The position numbers were made by a program, and so were the translations under genes. Of a DNA stretch of 45,924 nt, positions 25,196 to 35,141 are shown in pieces (the first letter of the stretch is position 1; every line of letters starts with the position of its first letter). The notes beneath the pieces are model-generated. The model was not told the origin of the DNA, searched no databases, and worked only from the letters and a program-made list of their open reading frames with translations. The stretch comes from an uncultured Deferribacteres bacterium. GTDB lineage: Bacteria > Zhuqueibacterota > Zhuqueibacteria > Zhuqueibacterales > Geothermadaptataceae. The stretch is from assembly GCA_964014485.1 (NCBI GenBank), contig CAXHAT010000041.1:1-45924 (forward strand). The letters are read 5' to 3'.

Positions 25196-27106
25196 CTACC
25201 ATGTCGCGGTAAATCCGCCTAGCGCATTGAAGCCCATTTCCTGATAATTTTCCCAACGCGCGTAGGCGTCGTTCAAAATATTGTTGGCGCTGGCAAATAT
25301 GCCGAACTGCTCAGAGATTCGATAGTTGATGTTAAATCCGCCGTAAATGTATGAGGGGAGCTTCAGGAAGACCGGCGTTCCGTCCGGGAGAACTTCATCC
25401 GGCAAAATTGAAATGCGTCGATCGCCAATCCATGCGACGTTTGTTTCAAGCGAGAGCTTTTCCGTCGGCGAGTACTCAATATTCAAAGGCGCGCGAAATT
25501 CCCCGCGATAGGGCACGTCAAAAATGCCCTGGAAATTGCCCTCGCCAATTTTGTAGGAATCGTCAAAGATGTTGAAGCTGAACTCAGCCTTCAGTTGATC
25601 GTTGACTTGCAGCCGCCCGCCAATTGAGGCCAGACCAAGTACAAATTCATCGAAATTCAGCGTATACGCGCCTTCCGTGTCGCGCAGGAAAAAATTCAAG
25701 CCGTTGATTTTCTTGCGTTCAAACCGCCCTTTCACGATGAAGCTCGGCGTCAGCCGCCAATCAATGCCAGCGGAAATATCCCAAACCTTATTTTCCGGAC
25801 GCGGGCGCGAAAACGGAGAAATGTATGGATTGGTCGAAAACATGTCCGTCCACGGGCGGTAGGAAAGGCCGCTGGTAAAGCTCAGCGTGGCGGCGATTTT
25901 TTCGACTGGAATCAGAAACAAGCGAACCGAAGGGCGCAAACGCGTTTGTATTTCGCTTCCCAATTCACTGCGCGTATAATCGAGCGCGATCGTTGTGTTC
26001 AGCTTAGGGCCCAAGTTAAAATCAAAACCAAGACTCGCCTCATGCAGTTTCACTTCGGCTGAATCGTTAATCGCGCCTTCGGCTTTATCGGAGATTGTCG
26101 AGCCAGACAGACTGATTTCGCTGCCGCCAATCGTTTGCTTGATCTCGATTCCGAGCTTGTAACGCGTATTGTCTACGTTCAGCGGCAGAGTAGCCAGCGT
26201 ATCAACTTTGTCCTGTAAATCGGCGGTTTGGAATCCCGCTTCGAGCGTCGTTTGCAAAGTTGAGGTCAAAAAATACTGCCCGGCATAAAGCAATTCGCTC
26301 GTGTCAACGTCGCGCTTGTACGTCGAATCCGCAACAGCGCCGTGCAGGCCGTAACGCAGGGTTGAAAATCGGCCTTCGAAGCGCGTTCTTCCCCGGCTGC
26401 CGGAGCCAAAACCAATGCGCCCTCCAAGCGTAACATTGTCGCGTTGAGAGTTCTCAAACTGTCCTCCAGTATGATCGACGATAGCGTCGAGGCCGTAATT
26501 AAAACTTGGCAAAGATTGCCACAAACTTCCCGCAACGCCAATCTGTTCATACTGCCCGCCATGCACGCGCAGTCCCGCCTGCGTTGACTGTGAGCGCCGC
26601 AATTCTTGTTGATACTGCCGCCGCTCCGCCGCCGGCTGAATGTCGCGCGCCTTTACTGGATCGTAGGTCGCAGAGGGATTGACGAGTTCCGGCTGATCGC
26701 CTGAGATTGTAATCTTTTCTCCAGCCACCCGACGCTCGGAATCTTCGCCATAAATCAAAACGTCCGGCAGTTCAAGCCGTTCATCTTTCGCTTTTTGATT
26801 TTGGGATTTTCCTTTTTGACCAGCTTTCGTCTTGGTGCTGTCTTTCGGCAAGGTCACGCGCGTTTTCGGCGCTTGCGGCTTCTTTTTTTTCTCTTGGGAA
26901 AAAAGTGACGTTGATGCTGCAAAAACGAAGGTAAAAATGAGCAAAGCGATGATGTTTTTTTCCTGGTTCCCAAGCTCCGATTTGGGAGCCCGATTGCTCT
27001 CAAAACTCCGGCTTTGAAGGCTGTTTACAGGCGAAACTGAAGTTTCTCGCCCAAATGCGTTACCAAACCAGAGTTTGGTAACGAGCCGTTGAAAAACTGT
27101 CCGCAC
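25196..27106 (-). CDS. Outer-membrane beta-barrel, TonB-dependent-receptor-like; 41-aa palindrome insertion in its N-terminus
   Basis: Hydrophobic signal stretch IIALLIFTFVFAASTSLFSQ; C-terminal ANNILNDAYARW...GFNALGGFTATW; GTG start at 27106 with GAGG/GGAG upstream (start uncertain). Confidence 0.75.
   Translation of the reverse strand: MRTVFQRLVTKLWFGNAFGRETSVSPVNSLQSRSFESNRAPKSELGNQEKNIIALLIFTFVFAASTSLFSQEKKKKPQAPKTRVTLPKDSTKTKAGQKGKSQNQKAKDERLELPDVLIYGEDSERRVAGEKITISGDQPELVNPSATYDPVKARDIQPAAERRQYQQELRRSQSTQAGLRVHGGQYEQIGVAGSLWQSLPSFNYGLDAIVDHTGGQFENSQRDNVTLGGRIGFGSGSRGRTRFEGRFSTLRYGLHGAVADSTYKRDVDTSELLYAGQYFLTSTLQTTLEAGFQTADLQDKVDTLATLPLNVDNTRYKLGIEIKQTIGGSEISLSGSTISDKAEGAINDSAEVKLHEASLGFDFNLGPKLNTTIALDYTRSELGSEIQTRLRPSVRLFLIPVEKIAATLSFTSGLSYRPWTDMFSTNPYISPFSRPRPENKVWDISAGIDWRLTPSFIVKGRFERKKINGLNFFLRDTEGAYTLNFDEFVLGLASIGGRLQVNDQLKAEFSFNIFDDSYKIGEGNFQGIFDVPYRGEFRAPLNIEYSPTEKLSLETNVAWIGDRRISILPDEVLPDGTPVFLKLPSYIYGGFNINYRISEQFGIFASANNILNDAYARWENYQEMGFNALGGFTATW
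26963..27085. repeat. Four-hairpin palindromic element (family E), 123 bp
   Basis: CTGGTTCCCAAGCTCCGATTTGGGAGCC ... AAAACTCCGGCTTT ... GAAACTGAAGTTTC ... CGTTACCAAACCAGAGTTTGGTAACGAG. Confidence 0.8.
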
Positions 27107-27167
27107 CTCCACCTCTGCGCGAAGGGGGAGATTTTGGATGCTATGCGTCGCTTTATTTGAGATATAT

Positions 27168-30100
27168 TTAGTTAAGCTCAATCGCACGGAGTCTGTCCTT
27201 TGCGAGTTTGTGATACGATTCATCTTGATATTCAGTCAACAGCGCTCGATAAAGTTTGCGCGCTTCGCCCCACATTTCCATTTTTTCATTGGCGAGTGCG
27301 GCGCGATAGACCGACGGGATGACCCAATTCAAATGTCCGCTGTACAAGTAGCGCACCTTGAGAAACTCAACGCTCGCCGACTTAAAAGCGTCTTCGTCTT
27401 CATATGCTTTGGCGAGATAAAATTGCGCTTCGGCGGCCACTTCGCTTGTCGTAACCTGCGTCACTTCTTCGTACTTCCGGCGGGCTTCGCCAAAGGCTTT
27501 TTGTTCGTGCAGAACCCGTCCAACGCCCAACGTTGCCAGCGCCTTTAGCTCGGGCTCGTTGTATTTTCCGGCGGCATTCCGAAAAACGCGCTCCGCTGAA
27601 GAAAGCTTTCCGGTTTTAAGAAAAACGCGTCCCAGGGAAATTTCTGCTCGGCCCGCGGAATTCCCGTTCGGATAATTTCGAATAATTTGTTCGTACGCCG
27701 CGATCGCTTCCTGGGTGTTGTTTGTGGCCGACTTGAGATCACCGGCGCGCAACAACGCTTCCGGCGTTTCCGAAGCTTTCGGAAATTCCTTTGCCTGTCG
27801 TTCAAAAGCGCTGACTGCTCCCAAGGTATCTTTCATGTTCGTCCGCGCCTGTCCAATCCAAAACCACGAAGAAGATGCAGCCGGATATTGCCGATACTCG
27901 CGGTACAATTTGCGATATTCGCTAATCGCGTCCTGATAATTTTCCAGGTTGAATTGCAATTCGCCCTTGCGGAACTGCAGGTCGGCGGCGAGCTTTGAGT
28001 TGGGGTATTGCGCGATGTACTTGTCGGCTAATTGCATCGCTTCATCATATTTTTGCTGCTGCAAGAGCGACCATTGCATACCGCTGACGGCGTCATCGAC
28101 AAACTCGCTGTCGCCATAGCGCGAAATGAGCTTGACGTAAGTCGCAATGGCGTCATCGTAGCGCCCCTCGTTGTAGTAACAATCGCCAATGCCGTAAAGT
28201 GCGTCATCCGCAAATTCGCTCGACGGCGTGGTATTGACGACTTCCGAAAAGCTATGCCGCGCTTCGGCAAAACGGTTATTCTGAAAATAGACTTTGCCGA
28301 TCATATATTGCGCCTGCAAAGCGTATTTCGTGCCGCGATACGAACGGTTCAAATCGCGAAATTCCACCGCTGCTTGCTCAACGTCGCCCAATCGCGAGCG
28401 ACAAATCGCCGCCTGGTATTTTGCTTCAGCGCGGAGCTCGTCGCTGACGCTTAATGGAACGACTTGATTGTAAATACGAATGGCGCGTTCATAATTTTTT
28501 AGATTAAAAGCTGCGTCGCCGGCTCTCAGGTACGCATCGCCTTTCACATTTTGATCATTTTCCAAGCGTGCGGCCTTCAGGAAATCCTCAATAGCGCGCT
28601 CAAAATTGTTTTGCTTCATGTACGTCCAGGCGCGACCATAATACGCCTTGCCGCTTTCTTCCGTACCGTCAGGCGCATCGATGTAATTTGAGTAGAGCAT
28701 TCCGGCGCTGCGCGTATCGCCCATTTTGAAATAGCTTTCGGCCAGCCAATATTGCGCGTCTTTCACCGCCGGATTGTCATTGTATTTCGCAATCAATTCC
28801 TTAAAACTATCGATGGCCTCACGGTATTTTTGTTGCTGAAACTGGGCGCGGCCCTTTTTGTATTGCGCGCGCGGCGTAATATCTCCGGCCGGAAAATTTG
28901 ACAACACCCGACCATAGTGCATTTCAGCTTCCGCGAAACGGTTTTGAGCCATCAAACATTCGCCCGTCATAAACTCCGCGTCACGTGCAACTTCCGACTC
29001 GGGCTGCGAACGTGCAATTTGCTCAAAAGCCTGCTGCGCCTGGCGAAACTCTCCGTTCTCAAAATCAATCGCGCCGACTTCATACATTGCCGCCGGCACT
29101 TCTTTCGCCTGATTGAAGTTGGTTTGCAGCTTATAAAAAGCTTCGCGCGCCCGTGTTTTGTCCCCCATGTCCTTGTACAATTTCCCCATTTGAAAAAGCG
29201 CGGTCGGAGCCAGGTCGCTCGCCGGGAAATCGGCGGTCAATTTTTCGAAGCTTTCCAACGCAATCGCCGGACGTCCCGCTCCTTTGAACGCCCATGCAGC
29301 GCCGTACAAAGCTTCGTCCGCGAATTCCCCTTTGGGATTGCGTTTTGCCAGAGCATTGTAGCGGCGTGACGCCTGCGTAAAGTCTTCAAGTTTAAAATAG
29401 GCCTCGGCAATAACAAAATCCGCCTGATCGCGCAATTCTCCTTCCGGGAATTGCAGGCTGGCTTTTTCTAAAATATCGATGGCTTTTTGGTGAGATTCAA
29501 GGCCGTACGCTGCGAATCCCGCGTGATAGGCGGCTTGGCTTGTCAACTCGCTGGAAGGATAGTCATTCAGCAACCGTTCATACGCGGCGAGGGCCCGGCG
29601 ATAATCTTTGCGTTCTTCATAAATCCAGCCGACGGAATAGAGAGAATAATCCGCTAAACTGCTTTGAGGGTGTTTGCTGACCACTTCGGCGTACTTCTGC
29701 AACGCGCCATCTACGTCATTTGTTTGATAGAGCGCTTCGCCGAGCCAGTACAATCCCTGGTCGCGCAATTCAGACGAAGGATATTGATCGACAAAACGCC
29801 GGAGCGCCGAGGCGGCTTCGCGAAAATTGTCGGCGTAAAAGTGCGACTGTCCCATGCGAAATTGCGCGCGATCACGTAAATGCACCGCTGAAAATGAGCG
29901 CAGCAAGGCACGATAACTACCGATGGCCGCGTTGTATTTTTGTTGCTGGAATAAACTTTCACCGTGGAGAAATTGCGCTTCCGCGCTGTAGTCGCTGTTG
30001 GGGAATTTTTGTAGAAAAAGTCCGAATTGCTGCTCTGCCAGTTGATAAAGGCCGTCATCGTACATGCCTTTGGCGGTCAAATAAGCTTTCTTTTCTGCGA

Positions 30101-30215
30101 ATTCATCTTGGGCGAAAATTGAAGTGACCGGCAGCAGAAAAAGGGCGAGTAAACAAAGCGGGAAAAGATGCGAGCGACTGTGTCTGCGAGCATGCAGAAG
30201 TGTATATTTTTTCAT
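27168..30215 (-). CDS. Large periplasmic tetratricopeptide-repeat protein (CpoB/BamD-like repeats)
   Basis: Signal peptide, then more than 20 TPR-like repeats (AQFxxGExxF...YPxS); 1015 aa. Confidence 0.9.
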   Translation of the reverse strand: MKKYTLLHARRHSRSHLFPLCLLALFLLPVTSIFAQDEFAEKKAYLTAKGMYDDGLYQLAEQQFGLFLQKFPNSDYSAEAQFLHGESLFQQQKYNAAIGSYRALLRSFSAVHLRDRAQFRMGQSHFYADNFREAASALRRFVDQYPSSELRDQGLYWLGEALYQTNDVDGALQKYAEVVSKHPQSSLADYSLYSVGWIYEERKDYRRALAAYERLLNDYPSSELTSQAAYHAGFAAYGLESHQKAIDILEKASLQFPEGELRDQADFVIAEAYFKLEDFTQASRRYNALAKRNPKGEFADEALYGAAWAFKGAGRPAIALESFEKLTADFPASDLAPTALFQMGKLYKDMGDKTRAREAFYKLQTNFNQAKEVPAAMYEVGAIDFENGEFRQAQQAFEQIARSQPESEVARDAEFMTGECLMAQNRFAEAEMHYGRVLSNFPAGDITPRAQYKKGRAQFQQQKYREAIDSFKELIAKYNDNPAVKDAQYWLAESYFKMGDTRSAGMLYSNYIDAPDGTEESGKAYYGRAWTYMKQNNFERAIEDFLKAARLENDQNVKGDAYLRAGDAAFNLKNYERAIRIYNQVVPLSVSDELRAEAKYQAAICRSRLGDVEQAAVEFRDLNRSYRGTKYALQAQYMIGKVYFQNNRFAEARHSFSEVVNTTPSSEFADDALYGIGDCYYNEGRYDDAIATYVKLISRYGDSEFVDDAVSGMQWSLLQQQKYDEAMQLADKYIAQYPNSKLAADLQFRKGELQFNLENYQDAISEYRKLYREYRQYPAASSSWFWIGQARTNMKDTLGAVSAFERQAKEFPKASETPEALLRAGDLKSATNNTQEAIAAYEQIIRNYPNGNSAGRAEISLGRVFLKTGKLSSAERVFRNAAGKYNEPELKALATLGVGRVLHEQKAFGEARRKYEEVTQVTTSEVAAEAQFYLAKAYEDEDAFKSASVEFLKVRYLYSGHLNWVIPSVYRAALANEKMEMWGEARKLYRALLTEYQDESYHKLAKDRLRAIELN

Positions 30216-30528
30216 AGGCTTACCGCTCTCTCAAGGATGATGCGGAACGATTCGTTTGTGCGACGAAAAAGACGGTCGAACTAGAGACAGAGTTTAACCA
30301 AAAAAAGTTTCGAAAGCACCAAAATACAAATATTTGCGAAAGCCGCAATGAAAATAAAGGAGCGGTTGTAGTCCGAAAATTCCGCTTTCAGTTGGCTTCG
30401 CTCCAATACGCAAGGTTTGAGTTCAGCTTTGGCGGCGGGGAAAGGTGAGAGCAGGTGATTTATTCGAACGTCCGAAGTCTCGGTAAATCAGGCCAATTCT
30501 TGTTTGTTTAACCTTTGGTCGTTTGTGA

Positions 30529-30665
30529 ATGGTTTGTGATGACAAACAAAATAAAACAACTGAGGTTACGCGCCCGACTCAAAACTTTGCTTTTCGCGTC
30601 ATTCAGGCCAGCAATGACAATTCGGCGACCATTTTCCGGGAACAAGGCTGCAAGACGCTCTTTAG
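30529..30665 (+). pseudogene. Possible degenerate fragment of a four-helix-bundle (IVS-type) protein gene
   Basis: TTEVTRPTQNFAFRVIQ...SATIFREQ loosely resembles the ELxxRTxxFAxRVI...AxxIxxQ N-terminus of that family; truncated. Confidence 0.3.
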
Positions 30666-30688
30666 CGTGAAAATGCTTGAAAATGAAA

Positions 30689-32638
30689 TCAAAAGGTCGA
30701 TTGCAGACCGACGTAACCGGTGCGCCCGGCGGTATTAAAATACAGGACTTCCTGGTATTTTTCATCAAATATGTTTTCCATACGGGCTTGCAGGCGAACG
30801 TTTTCTGTTAATCGATAACTCCCGGCGATTCGGGCGGTCAGGTAAGACGCGAGCATGACTCGCGTTGCCGGAAATGCTGAGAAATCCTTGTCTGCGCGCG
30901 CGCCCGAATAGATCACTCCGAGATTGAATTCGGCTCGTGCGGCAGGCTGAAGATTTATATTCAACGCAGCGCGATGTTTGGGCCTGCGCAGCAGTGTTTC
31001 GCCGAAATCGACGCTCTCGGGAGACTGGTCCTTTGTACGAACGAAGGCGTAATTGGCGCGCAAGCTCAGCTTGTCTATCGGGTGCGCAACAAGCGTTGCT
31101 TCCAGGCCTCTGGCCTCGGCTTTGTCGATATTGATCGAGCGAAAGTTTTCGTCAAAACCGATCATGCTGTCAAAAGTACTCGTAAAATAAGTGACGCCGA
31201 CCGTGAGTTTCTCGCCGAAGAGAGACTGATCCACGCCAACGTCCCAGGTCAAGCTTTCCTCTGGCTGCAAATCAATATTCCCAAATATCGGGTCGAAAAT
31301 CTCAAACAAAGTCGGCGCGTTAAAGCCGGTTCCCGCTGTCGCTTTGATGCGTGCTCTGCCGCCGATTCGATACGCCAAACCGCTGCGCCAGGTCGCCTTG
31401 CTTCCAAAAGTACTGTGACGATCAATTCTGAATCCCAAATTTGCAGACAGGTCTTTCACCGGTTTGAATTGGTTTTGTGCATAAACACCGGTGGTGCGCG
31501 CAGTTTGTTGCGCAAATTCACTGTCGAATGCGCCGAAACCGCTTTCAGAATGAAAGGACGACTCCGCTGACTCGTTCTCCGTTTCGAGGCCTAACGTCGC
31601 AACCCATTTCTCAGAGAAAAAGAAGTTGTTTTGCCATTCAAATTTCAGCCGCTCGCCCTTTGTTTGGTTCCGCAAAGCGTCATTGACTCGCACTGCATCA
31701 GTCAAATCTACGGCTTCGCGATCATGCTTAACAAAACTCGCTCGTAAGCTGTGCCGCCAGCGTTTTTGCCAATGCGAAAAACGCGCCGCCGTCTTGGCCG
31801 TCAATTGCCGCGAATCGAACGTATAGTTGGGGTCGTCACCGTCGGCACCGCCGTGGTCGAGATCGCCGTCTGCGTCCACAAATTGCAATTGAAACTCCAG
31901 ATCGGCCACTTGCCCGGCTTTCGCATTCAATTTCGAGGAAATTGTGGTGTTTTGATAGCCGTCTTTCTCGTTGTTCGCAGAGCGCAGCCCGCTTATCGAA
32001 AAGCCTTCGGTATTGAATCGGTTGGCGGTTATGCGATAATTGAAATTTTGGTCGCCGCCTCGCAATCCCGCGTTCAAACGGACGGTCTCACGCCCGCCGG
32101 CTTCCGCTTCAGCCTTAAACCGAGCTCCTTCCAAGCCCGATCGGGTCAAAATGTTAATTACTCCGCCGATGGCATTCGAACCGAAAAGCGTGCTTTGGGC
32201 GCCATGCAGCACCTCAATCTTTTCAATGTCGCTGACCATCAACGCGCCGAAATCGTACGCATTGCCCGGTGCGCTTGGATCGTTGAGTTCGACGCCGTCG
32301 AGCAGTACCAGCGTGTGGTCGGAATTGGCGCCGCGGAGAAACACTGAGGTCGCCTTGCCGACGCCTCCAGAATTTGCCAGCGCCAGGCCGGCAATCGCCT
32401 GCAAAGCCTGGGCAACAGTCCTGAGCTGTTCGCTCGCTAATTCTTCTCTCGTCAATACGGTTATCGTGCTGGCAACGTCGTCATACAAAGTTTCCATGCG
32501 ATTTGCCGTCACAACGATCTCAGGCATTTGATACACTTTGACGGAATCCTTTTGATCGACATGCCGCGTTTGCGCGCTTAGAATTGTCACAAACGCCGAA
32601 AGTATGAACAAAATGAAAAGGCGGGTTTTGAATCGCAT
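30689..32638 (-). CDS. btuB: TonB-dependent vitamin B12 receptor
   Basis: EIVVTANR TonB box, SVFLRGANSDHTLVLLDGV, IEKIEVLHGAQSTLFGSNAIGGVINI, LLRRPKH, C-terminal F; cobalamin riboswitch upstream. Confidence 0.9.
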   Translation of the reverse strand: MRFKTRLFILFILSAFVTILSAQTRHVDQKDSVKVYQMPEIVVTANRMETLYDDVASTITVLTREELASEQLRTVAQALQAIAGLALANSGGVGKATSVFLRGANSDHTLVLLDGVELNDPSAPGNAYDFGALMVSDIEKIEVLHGAQSTLFGSNAIGGVINILTRSGLEGARFKAEAEAGGRETVRLNAGLRGGDQNFNYRITANRFNTEGFSISGLRSANNEKDGYQNTTISSKLNAKAGQVADLEFQLQFVDADGDLDHGGADGDDPNYTFDSRQLTAKTAARFSHWQKRWRHSLRASFVKHDREAVDLTDAVRVNDALRNQTKGERLKFEWQNNFFFSEKWVATLGLETENESAESSFHSESGFGAFDSEFAQQTARTTGVYAQNQFKPVKDLSANLGFRIDRHSTFGSKATWRSGLAYRIGGRARIKATAGTGFNAPTLFEIFDPIFGNIDLQPEESLTWDVGVDQSLFGEKLTVGVTYFTSTFDSMIGFDENFRSINIDKAEARGLEATLVAHPIDKLSLRANYAFVRTKDQSPESVDFGETLLRRPKHRAALNINLQPAARAEFNLGVIYSGARADKDFSAFPATRVMLASYLTARIAGSYRLTENVRLQARMENIFDEKYQEVLYFNTAGRTGYVGLQSTF

Positions 32639-32770
32639 AGTCTTCCCTCGCTGACTAGATGAAAGGTGTTTGGATGAGAATGGGCGGGACTTTGGAGGGA
32701 AGCGAAGCCTGTGCGAGACAAGTCTGCGAAGTACGTGGTTGTCCTTCCCTCGAAGGGCGCCCAATTAAAG

Positions 32771-32935
32771 TACAGGCAGGTCTCCTGGCTCTCAGCGAGG
32801 CTTCGTGACGCGCCTTCCCGCTTCCCTAAATGAAGCAGTGGCAGGTCGGCCTGAAATTGCTGATTACAGTTGCGGGGCAGCTGTCGATTTTCACGACATT
32901 CCCTATTCTTCCTTCAAAGAGGACACCTGTACCGG
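32771..32935 (-). ncRNA. Cobalamin riboswitch
   Basis: Minus strand CAGGTG...AATAGGGAA..GTGAAAATC..CTGCCCCGCAACTGTAA...GCCACTG...GGGAAGGC...AGCCAGGAGACCTGCC (B12 box). Confidence 0.95.
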
Positions 32936-33003
32936 CGAACTAAAATATTATCGTTTTTTAGAAATGCAACGAAAACAAGGCGATGCGCCTTTTGCAAAGC
33001 GGC

Positions 33004-34482
33004 TCATCTCAATTCTTTTTGTGCGTCAAGCATGAGGGCGACTTCTTCTTCCGGGGCTTTGGCGACGAGATGATGGCGGCTATAAAACCAATAATAAGCA
33101 AATCCGGCGGCGATAAAAATAAGCGTTCCCCAAACGCCGGGACGATTGTCGGGAATGGCAAAAGCGGACACGCCGGAAACAACGGCGATGGCAAGTCCGA
33201 CCCAAGCTCCGGTTTTACCAAGCGGGCTTTTGTAAGGGCGCGGCAGATCAGGCCGTTTTTGCGCCAATGCGATGTAAGAGATCATCACGAGGGCGTATGA
33301 AATAACAGCGCCAAAAACCGCCATCGTCAGCAAAGCCGCGCCGACGAGGCCGCCGTTCGAATCGATGATCAGCGCGATGATAAATCCGGCAACAGCCCCT
33401 GCGATAAGCGCACGATAGGGCGTTTGCCTGTTTTTAGAAGTCACTGACAACCAGCGAGGAATGTACCCGGCGCGCGAAGCGGCAAACAGAACGCGGCCGT
33501 AAGCGTAAATAATGGAATGAAAGCTCGCAATCAATCCCGTCAGACTCACCAAAGTCAGGATCGAAGACGCCATCCCGGCGCCAAAAATGGCTTTGAAACC
33601 GATATCCAGCGGTGCGTCTGAAACGGCGACTTCCGCCGCGCCGCCGCCAACCCCTGAGTTTAAGGTCAGTGTGAAAATCGATAATGCGAGCAAGGTCACA
33701 ATACCGCCAATAAGCGCTTTAGGCATGTCGCGCACAACGTCGTGAGATTCTTCAGCAGAGAGCGGCAGTTGCTCGATGGCAAGGTAAAACCAGATAGCGA
33801 ACGGCAGGGCGGCGAACACGCCGTAGACGCCCTTTGGTAAAAAGGCGCCGCCGCCGGGCTCAGGTTGAATATTGAAAACGTTCTCCCAGCTAAAAGCGCC
33901 GGAAAAGATGGCGCCGAAGTAGAAAATAATAAGCACGCCAATTGCCAAGACAGTGACGACCATGGAAACCCGAAAAGTCAACTCCGTGCCCCAAATATTA
34001 ACGCCGACAAAAACGGTGTAAAAAATGAGCCACCACACCCAATTGGCGACCCCGGGAAAAAGCGCGTCCATGTATCCGGCAATACCGACAACAATCACCG
34101 CTGGAGTGATGACGTATTCGACCATGTCGGTCACGCTGTTCAAAAACGCCAGTCCCGGCCCGAAAGCGTTGCGTGTAAATGAGTAAAAACCCCCGGCGTG
34201 CGGCAGTGCAGTCGACATTTCCGCGATGGACAGAACCATACAAACATACATCACGGCAATGAAGATCACCGCGATGAAAAGTCCGCCAAAGCCACCTGCG
34301 CCAAGCCCAAAATTCCAACCAAAATAATCGCCGGAAATGACAGCGCCCACGCCCATCGCCCAGAGAAGTCCCCACCCGGCGCTTTTCCGCAGACGGCGTT
34401 TTTCAATATAAGCGTCGTCGACATTGTCGTAGTGAACGCCGATCTCCAAATCATCTTTATCAGCGTTTCGGTTGGAATTCAT
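33004..34482 (-). CDS. eat: Ethanolamine permease-like APC amino-acid transporter
   Basis: LWAMGVGAVISGDYFGWNFG, LPHAGGFY, WFYLAIEQLPLSAEE, GLIASFHSIIYAYGR, RPYKSPLG. Confidence 0.8.
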   Translation of the reverse strand: MNSNRNADKDDLEIGVHYDNVDDAYIEKRRLRKSAGWGLLWAMGVGAVISGDYFGWNFGLGAGGFGGLFIAVIFIAVMYVCMVLSIAEMSTALPHAGGFYSFTRNAFGPGLAFLNSVTDMVEYVITPAVIVVGIAGYMDALFPGVANWVWWLIFYTVFVGVNIWGTELTFRVSMVVTVLAIGVLIIFYFGAIFSGAFSWENVFNIQPEPGGGAFLPKGVYGVFAALPFAIWFYLAIEQLPLSAEESHDVVRDMPKALIGGIVTLLALSIFTLTLNSGVGGGAAEVAVSDAPLDIGFKAIFGAGMASSILTLVSLTGLIASFHSIIYAYGRVLFAASRAGYIPRWLSVTSKNRQTPYRALIAGAVAGFIIALIIDSNGGLVGAALLTMAVFGAVISYALVMISYIALAQKRPDLPRPYKSPLGKTGAWVGLAIAVVSGVSAFAIPDNRPGVWGTLIFIAAGFAYYWFYSRHHLVAKAPEEEVALMLDAQKELR

Positions 34483-34537
34483 GCTTTACTATTTTATATT
34501 CACCGGTTCAAACATCACTTACTTGGAGATAGCTGAA

Positions 34538-34825
34538 ATGTCATCAACACCTCATGTTGAAAAAAAGGTCGCCTCGCTGAATGTTGGCGAATTGGAGGCT
34601 ATGATTCGTCAAACGATCAGGAAAGAACTTACAGAAATTTTGTTCGCCGTCTCGGCTGAGAACGACGATTTACGATCTGAAGCGCCTCCTATTCGTGACA
34701 TCGATAAAATTATTGTAAAAATGCAAGCAACCGGCAAGTATAACCAAGCGTTTCTTAATTCGCTCCGAAAAGGCATGGAAACGTCGCAAATCTTCAAAAC
34801 GCCGAAAGCCAAGTCTGAAATATGA
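34538..34825 (+). CDS. Putative antitoxin (hypothetical, 95 aa)
   Basis: GGAG RBS; ATGA overlap with the downstream RelE-like gene. Confidence 0.6.
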   Translation: MSSTPHVEKKVASLNVGELEAMIRQTIRKELTEILFAVSAENDDLRSEAPPIRDIDKIIVKMQATGKYNQAFLNSLRKGMETSQIFKTPKAKSEI

Positions 34826-35076
34826 AGATTCTTCCTTTGAAGCGCTCACTTCAAAGTTTTATTGGCAAACATCAATTGGAGAAAAAATGGCGTAAACAGT
34901 CAGACTTGTTTGAAACAAACTGGCGACATCCAAGCCTCCATACAGAGCTGCTTGAGCCAAAAGAGCTGCGTATCTTTTCTTTTCGAGTAGATCGAAAATA
35001 TCGGGCCATTTTTGTTTTCAATGATAACAACGCCGTTGAAATCATCGATATTAATAATCATTACAGCCGAGCCTAA
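34822..35076 (+). CDS. RelE/ParE/YoeB-superfamily toxin
   Basis: 84 aa, basic; NWRHPSLHTELL, FSFRVDRKYRAIF, IIDINNHY. Confidence 0.8.
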   Translation: MKILPLKRSLQSFIGKHQLEKKWRKQSDLFETNWRHPSLHTELLEPKELRIFSFRVDRKYRAIFVFNDNNAVEIIDINNHYSRA

Positions 35077-35141
35077 TAAAAAAGTAAAGCGCCAATTCTA
35101 CTTAACGGATTATAAATCTTTGCCCATCCACCTCTTCTCTC

